Source of the DNA: Mycobacteriales bacterium
GTDB lineage: Bacteria > Actinomycetota > Actinomycetes > Mycobacteriales > SCTD01
DNA length: 64,000 nt
Assembly (NCBI GenBank): GCA_035714445.1
Contig: DASTLY010000067.1
Span: 9,498-73,497, forward strand
Direction of reading: 5' to 3'
This document shows, piece by piece, positions 1-10,684 of the stretch. The translations under genes were made by a program, and so were the position numbers. Numbering within the stretch: position 1 is the stretch's first letter; each line of letters begins with the position of its first letter. The notes under the pieces were generated by a model. That model did not search any database. It saw only the letters and a list, made by a program, of their open reading frames with translations, and had not been told where the DNA came from.

Positions 1-452
1 CCTCACGCCGGCCCGGCTCTCTAGCGGCGGCGAACGGCGTCATCGGGACGGGCGGACCCGACGGTGTGACGGTGCGCTGGTCCGACGGCCTCGAGCGGGT
101 GTACGGCGTGGACTCGTCGGCGAGCCTGACACCCGGCGGCGACCACCTCGCCTGGTGGCGCTACGACCCGCCCGCCATGACGCTCTGGGAAGTGACGCGC
201 CACGGCCCGACTCCCGAGCCCCGAGTCCTCTGGCTGCCACCGCAGACCGAGATCCCAGGACCGGCCAGACCGTGCGTATGGGAGGACCGGCAGACCGTCG
301 TGCTGCACAGCCGCTCCTACGGCGGGGCCGGCGACGCGGTACGCCTCAACCTGACCAGCGGCCACAGCGAACTTGTCTCCGTGGAGACCATGGAAGGGGC
401 CGGCCAGCCGTACGTGTTCATCGAACCGCTGTTGGGCGCTGCAGGGCCGTGA
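1..452 (+). CDS. hypothetical protein, C-terminal part (reading frame open to the window edge)
   Basis: The frame of track ORF 66..452 has no stop back to nt 3. Balanced composition (W, Y, D, E, H present), unlike R/P/G-rich off-frame ORFs. No family recognised. Confidence 0.5.
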   Translation, partial: SRRPGSLAAANGVIGTGGPDGVTVRWSDGLERVYGVDSSASLTPGGDHLAWWRYDPPAMTLWEVTRHGPTPEPRVLWLPPQTEIPGPARPCVWEDRQTVVLHSRSYGGAGDAVRLNLTSGHSELVSVETMEGAGQPYVFIEPLLGAAGP

Positions 453-517
453 CACGCAAAGCTGAGCATGGCTAACGGACCGCGGTCTCACAGGAAGTGC
501 ATCTCAGGCTACGGTGA

Positions 518-1036
518 GTGATGTTCACCAAGCACTACACGCTCGCCACCATCGCCTCGCTATTGGCCCTTGGCGCCTGCGGTGGGACCCAGACGACTCC
601 GACTGCCGGGTCTCTCGCCCCGACGCCGTCCACGGCGGGCTCTGTGCCGACGGGCACCTCACAGACCCCTGCCGGCTCCGGCAATGCGGCCGTGCCCGCG
701 GTGCCAGCCCCCGCCTCCTCGTCGGCCAGAGACCTGGTCGCACGTCTGGCCAGCTCGGAGGTCGGCTGCGCGGACCCGCAGGAGTCCGCCGGACTCGTGA
801 CGGACGACGGCCTCCGATGCCAGAGCAAGGCTGGCAGGAGCATCGTCGTCCTCGCCAAGCTCGCCGGAGCCGCTCGAGCCGACTACCTCGACATCATGGA
901 CGACGGCGGCTTCGGCGCCGCCCAGTACCTCGTTCTCGGCGACGGCTGGATCGTCAACGCGAGTGACGGCATAGGCGAGCTCGCCGCCCGGGTGTCCTCT
1001 GTGCTCGGCGGCGAGGTCAGGAAGTACGACGCCTAG
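518..1036 (+). CDS. putative secreted lipoprotein
   Basis: N-terminus MMFTKHYTLATIASLLALGACGG has a hydrophobic signal peptide ending in a lipobox-like L-G-A-C. This is followed by a T/P/S/A-rich linker and a globular C-terminal part. Confidence 0.6.
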   Translation: MMFTKHYTLATIASLLALGACGGTQTTPTAGSLAPTPSTAGSVPTGTSQTPAGSGNAAVPAVPAPASSSARDLVARLASSEVGCADPQESAGLVTDDGLRCQSKAGRSIVVLAKLAGAARADYLDIMDDGGFGAAQYLVLGDGWIVNASDGIGELAARVSSVLGGEVRKYDA

Positions 1037-1221
1037 TCGGCTACGAATCCGGGTCGCCCTTGGAGCTCAACGACGGCTGTCCCCACGTTGTTGCTGGCGC
1101 GCACGACTCGCGCGCTGACGCCTGGCGCAGGAGGGGGACGGCCCGGCGGTCCGGCCGAAGAAGGGGCGGACCTGCCGGCGGCCTCCTCGCTACGGTGGCC
1201 GCTCGCCGATGAGAGGTCGTC

Positions 1222-1797
1222 ATGCGCAAGATCCCAACCGTCTTCCTGAGGGACGAGCAGGACCGCAAGTACGTCACCAGCACCCCGAACCCGGACGCCG
1301 CCTGGGTGTTCGCGGGCGAGGGACAGGCCACCCGCAAGTACGACGGCACCTGCGTCCGGACCGACGGCGAGACGTGGTGGGCACGCCGCGAGGTGAAGCC
1401 GGGCAAGACCGCGCCTGCCGGGTTCGAGCCCGTCGAGCACGACGAGACGACCGGCAAGACGGTGGGCTGGGAGCCCGCGGAGCAGTCGGCGTTCGTCAAG
1501 TACCTGCGCGAGGCGCTCACCGAAGCTCGCGAGCTGCCGGCGGGCACGTACGAGCTGATCGGGCCAAAGGTCAACGGCAACCCGGAGCGCGCCGATCGGC
1601 ACGTCCTGGTGTCCCACGACGCTGCCGCCCGGGTCGCTGCTGACGACCTGACCTACGAGGGCATCCGCCAGGCGGTGCTGGCGCTGGCCGACGACGGTGT
1701 CGAGGGCATCGTCTGGCACCACCCCGACGGACGGATGGCCAAGATCAAGGCCCGGGACTTCGCCCGATCGGCCGGCACGCCGGTCAGCCCCGCCTGA
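1222..1797 (+). CDS. minimal ATP-dependent RNA/DNA ligase-like nucleotidyltransferase (stand-alone NTase domain, 191 aa)
   Basis: Candidate covalent-nucleotidyltransferase motifs in the canonical order: motif I KxDG (TRKYDGTC), motif III-like YELIGPKV, motif IV EGIVWHH, motif V MAKIKARDF. ATG start. No OB-fold-sized extension. Confidence 0.6.
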   Translation: MRKIPTVFLRDEQDRKYVTSTPNPDAAWVFAGEGQATRKYDGTCVRTDGETWWARREVKPGKTAPAGFEPVEHDETTGKTVGWEPAEQSAFVKYLREALTEARELPAGTYELIGPKVNGNPERADRHVLVSHDAAARVAADDLTYEGIRQAVLALADDGVEGIVWHHPDGRMAKIKARDFARSAGTPVSPA

Positions 1798-1859
1798 GCT
1801 GCGGGCCGGTCGCGACGGCCCTCGCCCCGGTCGCCGCCGGCGCACCTACCATCGGGCCG

Positions 1860-3077
1860 GTGCCCCGGCCTTCCCGCGCGCCGTCCGCACCCGCGGCGCC
1901 CGACCTGCAGGACAGCCCGCAGGCGTGGCTGGTCGTGGTGGCGGCGTTCGTCGCGATGTTCACCAGCTTCGGCGTGGCCTACAGCTTCGGGGCGTTCCTG
2001 CAGCCGATGAGCGAGGCGCTGGGGTCCGGGCCCGGCGCGACCGCCGCCGTCTTCTCGCTGACCACGATGGCCCTGTTCGGCCTGGGGGCGCTCTCCGGCC
2101 CGGCGGTCGACCGGTTCGGGCCCCGGCGCGTGGTGCTTGTCGGGGCGCTCGCGATGGGCCTCGGCCTCCTGCTCACCTCCCGCGCCACGGCGCTGTGGCA
2201 GGCCTACGTCGGGCACGGCCTGGGCGTGGGGCTCGGGGTCGCCTGCAGCTACGTCCCGCTGGTGGCCGTCGTGGGCGGGTGGTTCACCCGGCGACGCACC
2301 CTCGCGGTGGGCATCGCGGTGTCCGGCATCGGGCTCGGCACGCTGCTCGTCGCCCCGCTGGCCGCCGACCTGATCGACCGGTACGGCTGGCGGCAGGCCT
2401 ACCTGATCCTCGCGGCCGTCAGCACCGTCGCCCTCGCCGGGTGCGGGCTGCTGGTGCGCGCCGCCCCAGTGACCACCCAGGGCGAGGCAGCGCCGCTGCT
2501 CCCCCGCCTGCGCACCCCGACCTACCTGCGCCTGTACGCCAGCGGGCTGCTGCTCTCGGTCGTGCTGTTCGTGCCGTTCGTGCACCTGCCGGCGTACGCC
2601 GCCAGCCGGGGCGCGGGGGACGTGGCGGCGGCGACGCTGGTCGGGGTGATTGGCGCGGCCAGCATCGTGGGGCGGCTGGCGCTCGGCGCCGCCGCCGCCC
2701 GCACCGGGGTGCTGCGCACGTACCAGGCCTGCTTCGCGCTGATGGCCGGCAGCTTCCTGTGCTGGCTCGGTGCGCCCGGCTACCCGCGGCTCGTGGTCTT
2801 CGCGGTGCTCCTCGGCATCGGTTACGGCGGGTTCGTGGCGCTCGGCCCGGCGCTGGTGGCCCACCTGTTCGGGGTGCGGGGGCTCGGCGGGCTGCTGGGG
2901 GTGCTCTACACATGCTCGGCGGTGGGCTCCGCGATCGGGCCGCCGGCCGCGGGGGCGATGATCGGCGCGACCGGGGAGTACCTGCCGGTGATCCTCGCGG
3001 CCCTGGCGATCGGGGCCGCGGCCACCGCCACGGTGCTCACCGTCCATCCACCGCACTCGGTGAAGGCGGGCGGGTAG
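1860..3077 (+). CDS. MFS transporter (monocarboxylate / oxalate-formate antiporter-like)
   Basis: About 12 predicted hydrophobic helices with a central loop. The motif GPAVDRFGPRRVVLVG resembles the MFS loop 2-3 signature. Exact start uncertain (GTG at 1860 is the longest option). Confidence 0.75.
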   Translation: MPRPSRAPSAPAAPDLQDSPQAWLVVVAAFVAMFTSFGVAYSFGAFLQPMSEALGSGPGATAAVFSLTTMALFGLGALSGPAVDRFGPRRVVLVGALAMGLGLLLTSRATALWQAYVGHGLGVGLGVACSYVPLVAVVGGWFTRRRTLAVGIAVSGIGLGTLLVAPLAADLIDRYGWRQAYLILAAVSTVALAGCGLLVRAAPVTTQGEAAPLLPRLRTPTYLRLYASGLLLSVVLFVPFVHLPAYAASRGAGDVAAATLVGVIGAASIVGRLALGAAAARTGVLRTYQACFALMAGSFLCWLGAPGYPRLVVFAVLLGIGYGGFVALGPALVAHLFGVRGLGGLLGVLYTCSAVGSAIGPPAAGAMIGATGEYLPVILAALAIGAAATATVLTVHPPHSVKAGG

Positions 3078-3219
3078 CGGCGTCGGAGCAGGCCGTTCAG
3101 CAGGACCGACCGGGTGCAGTTTCGAGGTTCGCGGGACAGGAGCGGATGCGGGAAACACTCTGCTTGCGTCACTCCCGAGGCACGGAGGCCACGATGCGTA
3201 GCAGCACCAGCAGGATCGC

Positions 3220-4986
3220 GTGAAGCGGGTCGTGGCGGGGCCGGCGCTCGCGCTGGCCGCCCTGGTCGCTGCCCCCGCGTTGCCCGCCCCGGCGCAGGCT
3301 GCTGCGGCCGCCGCGGCGGTCCGGGTCATCGTGGTGCTCGACGCGGCTCCGGCGGCGGCTCGCGCTGACCGTGCCGCCCTCGCCGACGCCCAGGTCTCCC
3401 GGCACGGGGGCGCGGTCCGGCGGGTGTACCGCTCGGCGCTGTCCGGCTACGCCGCCACGGTCCCGGCCGATCAGGTCGAGGCGCTGCGGGCCGAGCCCGG
3501 GGTCCGGTCGGTGGAGGTCGACCAGCTCGCCTCCCATACCGGCACGCAGGCCCCCGTCCCCTCGTGGGGCCTCGACCGTGTCGACCAGCGGGCGCTCCCG
3601 CTCACGGACTCCTACACCTACGACAGCGGCGGGGCCCGGGTCGCCACGTACATCTTCGACAGTGGGGTGCGGCTGACCCACACCGAGTTCGCCGGCCGGA
3701 TGAGGACAAGCCCTGACTTCGTCGACGGGGACTCCTCGTCGGAGGACTGCCACGGTCACGGCACCCACGTCGCCGGTACGGCGGCGGGCACCTCCTTCGG
3801 CATCGCCAAGCGGGCCCACCTCGTCGCGGTCCGGGTGCTGGGCTGCGACGGTCAGGGCTACTACTCGGACATGATCGCGGCGATCGACTGGATCAACGAG
3901 GACCACCAGCCGGGCCAGGCTGCCGTCGCGAACGCCAGTCTGGCCGGCGGCTACAGCGCCGCGCTCAACGAGGCTGTCACCAACTCCGTCGCCGACGGTG
4001 TCGTGTGGGTCGTCGCTGCCGCGAACGACAACGCCGACGCCTGCGAGTACTCCCCCGCCTCCGCCGCAGACGCGATCACCGTCGCCGCGACCGACAGCAC
4101 CGACAACCGCGCGTGGTTCTCCAACTACGGCGCCTGTGTCGACGTGTTCGCGCCCGGCGTGGGGATCACCTCCGCCGGCCTGTCCAGCGACACCGCCGTC
4201 GCGCCAGGGTGGAACGGGACCTCCATGGCCGCACCCCACGTGGCCGGGGCCGCTGCCCGCTACATCGTTCAGCATCCGACGGCGACGGCCCCCGAGGTCT
4301 CCGCCGCGCTGCTCGCGTCCGCGACAGCGGGGCTGGTCACGGACGCGCAGTCGCCGAACAGGCTCCTCTACGTCTCCCCCGGCGGGGTCTCCGTGCCGGG
4401 GGCCCCGCAGAACGCCCAGACCACGGCGCTCAACCCCAACCAGTCAGCCCTGTTCTGGGAGGCCCCGAGCACCGACGGCGGCGCTGCGGTCACCGGCTAC
4501 CAGGTGCACCGCAACGGCAGGAGCACCACCGGGGAGGGCGACTACACCAGCCCGGTCCTGGGTGCTGACCGGCGGTCGTTCAACTTCGGCCGGCTGGTCC
4601 CGGGTGCCACGTACACCTTCGACGTGGTGGCGATCAACAGCCAGGGCCGCAGCCAGCCGGCGTACGCCACGGTCACGCAGCCGGCCGGTCCCCCGAGCGC
4701 TCCGGTCATCGGCACCGCGGCACCGGGGGCCTTCGGCGGCCAGGTGCAGGCCAAGGCCCGCTGGTCCGCCCCGGCCTCCACCGGCGGGACAGCCATCACC
4801 GGCTACCAGGTCTTCGCCTACAGGAGCACCGGCGCGGTGGCGCAGAGCGTGGTGCTGGCCCGGTCGGCGCGGGAGTTCACCATGCCCCTGCCGTCCAAGG
4901 GCCAGTGGCGGTTCCGCGTCGTCGCGATCAATGCCGCCGGCCAGAGCCCGCTCTCCGGCTACTCGAGCTACGTCACGGCCCGCTAG
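3220..4986 (+). CDS. secreted S8 (subtilisin-family) serine peptidase with I9 propeptide and two fibronectin type III-like domains
   Basis: Signal peptide [27 protein letters not shown]. Catalytic triad motifs FDSGV (Asp), [10 protein letters not shown] (His), [11 protein letters not shown] (Ser). Two C-terminal repeats of the form W..P..GG..ITGYQV. Confidence 0.88.
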   Translation: MKRVVAGPALALAALVAAPALPAPAQAAAAAAAVRVIVVLDAAPAAARADRAALADAQVSRHGGAVRRVYRSALSGYAATVPADQVEALRAEPGVRSVEVDQLASHTGTQAPVPSWGLDRVDQRALPLTDSYTYDSGGARVATYIFDSGVRLTHTEFAGRMRTSPDFVDGDSSSEDCHGHGTHVAGTAAGTSFGIAKRAHLVAVRVLGCDGQGYYSDMIAAIDWINEDHQPGQAAVANASLAGGYSAALNEAVTNSVADGVVWVVAAANDNADACEYSPASAADAITVAATDSTDNRAWFSNYGACVDVFAPGVGITSAGLSSDTAVAPGWNGTSMAAPHVAGAAARYIVQHPTATAPEVSAALLASATAGLVTDAQSPNRLLYVSPGGVSVPGAPQNAQTTALNPNQSALFWEAPSTDGGAAVTGYQVHRNGRSTTGEGDYTSPVLGADRRSFNFGRLVPGATYTFDVVAINSQGRSQPAYATVTQPAGPPSAPVIGTAAPGAFGGQVQAKARWSAPASTGGTAITGYQVFAYRSTGAVAQSVVLARSAREFTMPLPSKGQWRFRVVAINAAGQSPLSGYSSYVTAR

Positions 4987-5102
4987 CTCCTCAAGTCTGC
5001 GCCCGCCCGACCGATGTCGCAGGGGCCGGCACCGCCGTACCGCGCCCTGGCCCCGACGCGCTACGGCAGTGGCGGGCCCTATCCGGACGACGCGAGGACC
5101 AT

Positions 5103-7856
5103 ATGGCTGCAGGCGTCGCTGACCTGGTCGTCGGCGTACGGGTGGTGGAGCTGGCCAGCGTCGTCGTCGTGCTCGTGGTCGTCGCACCCGGTTGGTGGCG
5201 CACCCGGGCGGCGTCCAGCCGGCTGGTCCTGCTGGCGTTCGCCTGCCTCGGCATCCTGCTCCTGACGGCCTTTCTCCCGGAGCCCCCGGACGGCGGCCTC
5301 CTGCTCGTCGTGCAGACCAAGCTGACCGTCGGCGTGCTCGTGAGCTTCCCCTGGCTGCTGGTGCGGTTCGTGCGCACGTTCGGGGCGGTCGGCCGCCGGG
5401 CCGGCCGGCTGGCCGACGCGCTGTACGCCGCGGAGCTGCTGGCCGTGGTGGTGGCCCCGACGCTCGACCCCGACGCGCCCCAGCCGGCGTGGGTGATGGC
5501 GTACATCGCGCTCATCCTCGTCTCCTGGACGCTGCAGTCCGGGATCGCCGCCCGCGGGCTGTTCGTCGCGGGGCGGGGGCAGGCCACGATCGCGCGGCGG
5601 CGGATGCGGCTGCTCAGCGCGGGGACGATGCTCATCGCGGCCACCCTGATCGCCGGGGTGCTCCTGCCGGACGCGACGGCCGGGCCGCAGGGGCTGGTCG
5701 TCCCGCTGCTCGGACTGACCGGCATCCAGCTGTTCTGCCTGTCCTTTGTCCTGCCCCGGTGGCTGCGCACGCTGTGGCGGCAGCCGGAGCTGCAGGGGAT
5801 GAGCGGCGCGCAGGTGGCGCTGCTGTCGGCGGGCACCCCGGTGGAGGTGGCCGAGATCCTCGTGCCGCAGCTGCTGCAGGTCCTCGGCGGCAGCGGCGCG
5901 GTCATCGTGGACGCGTCGGGAACGGTGCTGTGCTCCAAGGGCGTGCCGGCCTCCGAGCTGGCGCTGCTCGGCGGCCCGCCCCGCGAGGGCGAGCTGGCTC
6001 CGGGGTTCGTCGCGCTGCCGCTGCGGCACGGCCGGCTGGGGGTCCGCACCAGCCCGTTCAGCCCGCTGTTCGGCGCGGGCGAGGCCGGCCTGCTGGCCGG
6101 CATCGGCTACCTCACCGACCTGTCCCTGCAGCGCGTGTTGCTGCTCGGGGCCGAGCGGGCGGCGCTGTCCAGCGTCGCCGCGGCGAACGTGCAGCTGCAG
6201 GCCTCCCGGCAGGAGCTGGAGTCGGCGCACGACCGGGCGCTCGAGGCCAGCCGCATGAAGTCGCAGTTCCTCGCCAACATGAGCCACGAGATCCGTACAC
6301 CGATGAACGGGGTCATCGGGATGACGTCACTGCTGCTGGAGACCGAGCTGGACGTCGACCAGCGCGACTACGCCGAGACGGTGCGCTCCTCTGCCGAGGG
6401 CCTGCTCACGGTGATCGACGACATCCTCGACTTCTCCAAGATCGAGGCGGGCAAGCTCGACATCGAGGTGATCGACCACGACCTCGTCGCGGTCATCGAG
6501 GAGGCCGCCGGGCTGCTGGCCGCGCCCGCGCACGCGAAGGGCGTGGAGCTCAGCTGCTCGGTCGACGCCGACCTGCCGCCGCTCGTACGAGGGGACCCGG
6601 GACGCGTACGCCAGGTGCTGGTCAACCTGCTCGGGAACGCCGTGAAGTTCACCGAGTCGGGCGAGGTGGAGCTCAGCGCCCGGGTCGTCGGTGGCGACGC
6701 GGACCGGGTCGACGTGCAGCTGCAGGTGCGCGACACCGGGATCGGCATCGAGCCGGGCAGCCTCGAGACGCTGTTCGAGGGCTTCACGCAGGCCGACACC
6801 TCCACGACCCGCCGGTTCGGCGGCACCGGCCTGGGGCTCGGGATCAGCCGGCAGCTGGCGCAGCTCATGGGTGGGGACCTCACCGTCGCCAGCACGCCCG
6901 GCCTCGGCAGCACCTTCACGGTGTCGCTGCCGTTCGCCCGCTCGCCCGCCGCCCCGCACCCCGCCGCCCCGGTCGACCTGACCGGCCTGCGCGCGCTGGT
7001 GGTCGACGACAACGCCACCAGCCGCCGGGTGCTGGTGGGCATGCTCGGCGCGGTCGGCTGCGCCACCGACACCGCGGGCGGAGCCGTCGAGGCGCTCGGG
7101 ACGCTGCGCGCGGCGCACGACGCAGGCACGCCGTACGACGTGGCGCTGCTCGACCTCCACATGCCCGACGTCGACGGCCTCCAGCTGGCCGGCGCGATCC
7201 GCGAGGACCCGGGCCTGCGCGGGCTGCGGCTGCTGATGCTGACGAGCACGGCCGACCGCGGCACCCTCGGCGATACCGCGACGGCCGGTATCGACGGCTA
7301 CCTCACCAAGCCGATCCGGGTCGCCCAGCTGCACGGCCTCATGCTCCGGCTGACCGGCCGCGCGCCCAGGCCGGCCACTGCGCTGACCGCTCCGGTCGCC
7401 GTCCTCCGCGAGCAGGCGACCCTGCTGCTCGCCGAGGACAACCCGGTCAACCAGAAGGTCGCGGTGCTCACCCTGCGACGGCTGGGGTACGACGTCCACG
7501 TCGTGCCGGACGGCCAGCAGGCGCTCGACGCGCTGGCCAGGCAGACCTTCGACGCCGTGCTGATGGACTGCCAGATGCCGGTGCTGGACGGCTACGACGC
7601 GACCGTCGAGCTGCGCCGCCGCGAGGGCACCGCGCGTCATACGCCGGTGATCGCCCTGACCGCGTCGGCGATGCAGGCCGACAAGGACCGCTGCCTGGCC
7701 GCCGGCATGGACGCCTACCTCTCCAAGCCCATCCGGGCGGAGGAGCTGCGGCTGCTGCTGCGGCGCTGGACCGACGGCGGCGCGCCCCGCGCCCTGCCGC
7801 TGGCGCCGCGCCAGCCCGAGCCGGCGGCCCAGCCGGCCGGCGCGGTCGTGGACTGA
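5103..7856 (+). CDS. hybrid sensor histidine kinase / response regulator (multi-TM sensor, HisKA, HATPase_c, two REC domains, no Hpt)
   Basis: H-box [24 protein letters not shown]-lid motifs DTGIGI and [13 protein letters not shown]1 LVVDDN...[10 protein letters not shown]...KP and REC2 [10 protein letters not shown]...[10 protein letters not shown]...SKP. Start set at ATG 5103 ([10 protein letters not shown]...), which avoids overlap with the protease. The track ORF starts at 4905. Confidence 0.85.
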   Translation: MAAGVADLVVGVRVVELASVVVVLVVVAPGWWRTRAASSRLVLLAFACLGILLLTAFLPEPPDGGLLLVVQTKLTVGVLVSFPWLLVRFVRTFGAVGRRAGRLADALYAAELLAVVVAPTLDPDAPQPAWVMAYIALILVSWTLQSGIAARGLFVAGRGQATIARRRMRLLSAGTMLIAATLIAGVLLPDATAGPQGLVVPLLGLTGIQLFCLSFVLPRWLRTLWRQPELQGMSGAQVALLSAGTPVEVAEILVPQLLQVLGGSGAVIVDASGTVLCSKGVPASELALLGGPPREGELAPGFVALPLRHGRLGVRTSPFSPLFGAGEAGLLAGIGYLTDLSLQRVLLLGAERAALSSVAAANVQLQASRQELESAHDRALEASRMKSQFLANMSHEIRTPMNGVIGMTSLLLETELDVDQRDYAETVRSSAEGLLTVIDDILDFSKIEAGKLDIEVIDHDLVAVIEEAAGLLAAPAHAKGVELSCSVDADLPPLVRGDPGRVRQVLVNLLGNAVKFTESGEVELSARVVGGDADRVDVQLQVRDTGIGIEPGSLETLFEGFTQADTSTTRRFGGTGLGLGISRQLAQLMGGDLTVASTPGLGSTFTVSLPFARSPAAPHPAAPVDLTGLRALVVDDNATSRRVLVGMLGAVGCATDTAGGAVEALGTLRAAHDAGTPYDVALLDLHMPDVDGLQLAGAIREDPGLRGLRLLMLTSTADRGTLGDTATAGIDGYLTKPIRVAQLHGLMLRLTGRAPRPATALTAPVAVLREQATLLLAEDNPVNQKVAVLTLRRLGYDVHVVPDGQQALDALARQTFDAVLMDCQMPVLDGYDATVELRRREGTARHTPVIALTASAMQADKDRCLAAGMDAYLSKPIRAEELRLLLRRWTDGGAPRALPLAPRQPEPAAQPAGAVVD

Positions 7857-7860
7857 GCCG

Positions 7861-9192
7861 CTACCCGGGACGCCTCGTCCGGGGCCGCAGCGGCGCCAGG
7901 GTGCGGGCCGCAAGGCAGCCCCGCCACACCCCGGCGGCGTAGGCGAGGTCGTCAACGAGCCGCAGCGCGGCCCAGCGGACCGGGTCGACGGCCGGGCGCC
8001 TGTCGTACCACTCGAGCAGCGGCGGGACGAGCAGCGCGGTCGCTGCCGCCGGGCGGGTGCGTCGCAGCGCGAGCATCCCCAGCAGCAGCGGGCCGGTCAC
8101 CACGGCGCCGGCGCCGCCCAGCCCCCCGGCGGTCGCCGCCATCCCGCGGGCGACCGTCGCCGCAGCGGCGCGCCCGCAGGTGCTGATCGGCAGGCCGGTA
8201 CGCCGCAGGGCGCGGAGCAGCCGGACGACCGGCACGGCCGCCACGGCCAGCGCCGGCCCGGGCTGCCCGGCGAGCAGCAGCAGCCAGGCCGCGGTCGGCC
8301 AGGGCGGCAGGACCAGCGGGGCGAGCCGGTCACCGTGCCGGGCCGCGAGCGGGGCCGCCGAGGTGCCGTAGCGGTAGCGGCGGGCCAGCCAGCGGCTCCA
8401 GCGGGCCGGCTCGGCATGCCCCACGACGGTGCGCGGGTCGTACCGGACCACGCCGCCCGCGTCGTGCAGCCGCCACACCAGGTCGACGTCCTCGCCGTAG
8501 CGCAGCCCCGGCTCGAAGGGCCGCGCCGGCAGGGCGGAGCGACGTACGAGCAGCGCCGCCGTCGGGACGTACGGCACCCGGCCGCCCGGCCGGACCCGCG
8601 CGGGCCGGGGCCCGAGGTCGAGCGGTCCGCGGGCGCGGGCATAGCGGGCGAGCAGGGACGGCCCGCCGGCGGCGCGGACCCGGGGCGCGACGGCGGCGAC
8701 CGAGGGGTCCGCGAAGTGCCCCAGCAGCTCGGTCAGCCAGTCCGGCCCCGGGGTGCAGTCACTGTCGAGGAAGGCGACGATGCCGGTGCCGGTCGCGGCC
8801 AGCCCCGCGTTGCGGGCCGCGCCCGGCCCGCCGTTGACGGGCAGCCGGAGGAGCCGGGCGCGCCCCGCACACACCCGAGCGAGGGCTGCGGGGTCGTCGG
8901 AGCCGTCGTCCACCACCAGCACCGGCACCCCCGCGCCGAGCGCGGCCAGGCAGCGGTCGAGCTCGTCGGCGCGGTCGCGCACCGGCACGAGCACGGTCAC
9001 GTCGGCCGGCTCGACCGGCCCGGGCACCGGGTGGACGAGGCCGCCGTCCAGCAGCCGCCGGCCGAGGGCCTGCTGCGCGGGGGTGCACAGGTCGTCGAGC
9101 GCGGACAGGACGGCCGCCCCCGCCCCGCTCAGCCGGACCAGCCGGCCCGGGTCGCCGCCCAGCAGGACCCGGCCGGCGCCGAGCACCCGCAC
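7861..9192 (-). CDS. mftF: mycofactocin biosynthesis glycosyltransferase MftF (GT2 family)
   Basis: GT2 motifs VTVLVPVRDRADEL, VVDDGSDDP, FLDSDC. Multi-TM C-terminal half. Located at the end of the mft operon. N-terminus LQLDQDVRVLGAGRVLLGGDPGRLVRLS resembles MftF N-termini. Start uncertain: the first canonical start in the conserved region is GTG 9192, but conservation seems to extend to about 9234. Confidence 0.8.
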   Translation of the reverse strand: MRVLGAGRVLLGGDPGRLVRLSGAGAAVLSALDDLCTPAQQALGRRLLDGGLVHPVPGPVEPADVTVLVPVRDRADELDRCLAALGAGVPVLVVDDGSDDPAALARVCAGRARLLRLPVNGGPGAARNAGLAATGTGIVAFLDSDCTPGPDWLTELLGHFADPSVAAVAPRVRAAGGPSLLARYARARGPLDLGPRPARVRPGGRVPYVPTAALLVRRSALPARPFEPGLRYGEDVDLVWRLHDAGGVVRYDPRTVVGHAEPARWSRWLARRYRYGTSAAPLAARHGDRLAPLVLPPWPTAAWLLLLAGQPGPALAVAAVPVVRLLRALRRTGLPISTCGRAAAATVARGMAATAGGLGGAGAVVTGPLLLGMLALRRTRPAAATALLVPPLLEWYDRRPAVDPVRWAALRLVDDLAYAAGVWRGCLAARTLAPLRPRTRRPG

Positions 9193-9230
9193 GTCCTGGT
9201 CCAGCTGCAGCGGCCCGCGCCGGTCCGCGC

Positions 9231-10004
9231 TCAGAGCGCGAGACCGCCGTCGACGGGCAGCACGGCGCCGGTGACGGCGCCGCTGCCCTCCCCCGCCAGC
9301 CAGACCAGCGCGCGGGCGACCTCGGCCGGCTCGAGCAGACGGCCGACCGGCTGCTGCTGCGCGAACGCGGTCGCCGTCCCCAGGCCGTACAGCCGGGCGC
9401 TCTCGGCCAGGATGTCGGTGTCGGTGGACCCGGGGCTGACGGCGTTGGCGGTGATCCCGTGCGGCGCGAGCTCGACGGCCAGCGCCCGCACCAGCCCGGT
9501 CACCCCGGCCTTGGCCGCGCAGTAGGCGGCGAGCATGGGCAGGCCGCGGGACGCCGCGGCCGAGGCGACCGCGACGAACCGCCCGGAGCGCGGGGCCGGC
9601 CGGCGCAGCAGCGCGGGCACGGCGGCGCGGGCCAGGTGCACGACCCCGAGCAGGTCGACGTCGAGCACCGCGTGCACCTCGTCGCCCGGCTGCTCCCACA
9701 GCGGCACGCCGCCGGCGACGACGCCCGCCACGGCGATCGCCGCGTCCAGCCCCCCGAACGCCCTCTCCGCCTGCTCCACCGCCGCGGCCAGAGCGGCAGG
9801 GTCGCAGGTGTCGGCGACCACCGGCAGCACCGTCTCGCTGCGCAGCGCCGCCAGCTGCTCGCGGGTGCCGAGGGCGTACGGCAGCCGCGGGTCGTCGGCG
9901 CAGCGGTCGGTGGCGACGACCGCCCAGCCCTCGTCGGCGAGCAGCCGGACGGTGGCCGCGCCGATGCCGCGGGCGGCGCCGGTGACCAGCGCGACGCGGG
10001 TCAT
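9231..10004 (-). CDS. mycofactocin-coupled SDR family oxidoreductase
   Basis: Rossmann motif VALVTGAARGIG and catalytic YCAAKAG (YxxxK). Embedded between mftE and mftF. ATG 10004 chosen, because the upstream part of track ORF 9231..10553 is R/P-rich and overlaps mftE out of frame. Confidence 0.85.
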   Translation of the reverse strand: MTRVALVTGAARGIGAATVRLLADEGWAVVATDRCADDPRLPYALGTREQLAALRSETVLPVVADTCDPAALAAAVEQAERAFGGLDAAIAVAGVVAGGVPLWEQPGDEVHAVLDVDLLGVVHLARAAVPALLRRPAPRSGRFVAVASAAASRGLPMLAAYCAAKAGVTGLVRALAVELAPHGITANAVSPGSTDTDILAESARLYGLGTATAFAQQQPVGRLLEPAEVARALVWLAGEGSGAVTGAVLPVDGGLAL

Positions 10005-10014
10005 CCCAACCACC

Positions 10015-10674
10015 TCATCCCAGCCACCGGTCGAGCCCGTCGACGGCCTCGGCCAGCAGCCGCTCGCCCTCCTGCGCCGATGCGCCCGCAGGGTCGCCGA
10101 GCACGCCGTTGGCGCTGACCGCCCGGATCCCGCCGGTCTGCAGGGCCGGCAGGAGCTCGGCGAGCGGCTGCACCGCGCCGGCGGCCCGCGACGGCCCGAC
10201 CCGGCCGGGGTCCAGCGCCAGCTGCACGGAGGTCTCCGTACGGCCCGCGTGCGCGTCGCCGTCCCACGAGGGCGACCACGCCCGGACGTCCCGCGACTCC
10301 GCCCGCAGCAGGGTGACCGCGGCGCGCACCGCCTCGGCGTTGCCGCCGTGCCCGGACAGCAGGACGACGCGCCGCCAGGTGTCCGTCGCCGAGCGGCACA
10401 GCTCGACGAGCAGCAGCTCGAGCGCCGCCGTACCGATCGACAGCGTGCCGAAGAAGCCGGCGTGCTCGCCGCTGGCGCCGTACGGCAGCGCAGGCGCGAC
10501 GTCGACGTCGTCCCGGCGGGCCGCCAGCCGGGTCGCCACCGCCACCGCCACATCGGTGTCGGTCGACAGCGGCAGGTGCGGCCCGTGCTGCTCGGTGGAG
10601 CCGAGCGGCACCACGAGCACCCGGTCCAGACGGCCCTGCGCCCGCGGCCAGGTGAGCTCGGCGACCCAGCTCAC
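10015..10674 (-). CDS. mftE: mycofactocin biosynthesis peptidyl-dipeptidase MftE (creatininase family)
   Basis: Creatininase-family motifs LGSTEQHGPHLPL, SGHGGN and HAGRTETS. Position directly after mftD. Confidence 0.85.
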   Translation of the reverse strand: MSWVAELTWPRAQGRLDRVLVVPLGSTEQHGPHLPLSTDTDVAVAVATRLAARRDDVDVAPALPYGASGEHAGFFGTLSIGTAALELLLVELCRSATDTWRRVVLLSGHGGNAEAVRAAVTLLRAESRDVRAWSPSWDGDAHAGRTETSVQLALDPGRVGPSRAAGAVQPLAELLPALQTGGIRAVSANGVLGDPAGASAQEGERLLAEAVDGLDRWLG

Positions 10675-10684
10675 CAGGTTGGGC

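Noticed and set aside
1653-3329. 558-aa minus-strand ORF covering the MFS transporter region
   Set aside because: Extreme R/G/P/A/H content and no recognisable motif. It is antisense to a convincing 12-TM transporter. This is a typical GC-rich shadow ORF.
3220-4986. Mycosin (T7SS-associated subtilisin) linked to the WXG100-like cassette
   Set aside because: It lies 17 kb away on the other side of unrelated operons. It lacks the C-terminal TM anchor typical of mycosins and carries FN3-type domains instead. It is most simply a secreted S8 protease.
5192-7955. 916-aa plus-strand ORF (5192..7942) and 542-aa minus-strand ORF (6327..7955) overlapping the hybrid kinase
   Set aside because: Both are R/A/G/P-rich with no domain motifs. 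The third frame carries unmistakable HisKA/HATPase/REC motifs.
9231-10553. 440-aa version of the SDR gene extending upstream over mftE
   Set aside because: The extension is R/P/S/C-rich and overlaps the well-supported mftE gene out of frame. The Rossmann motif begins right after ATG 10004.
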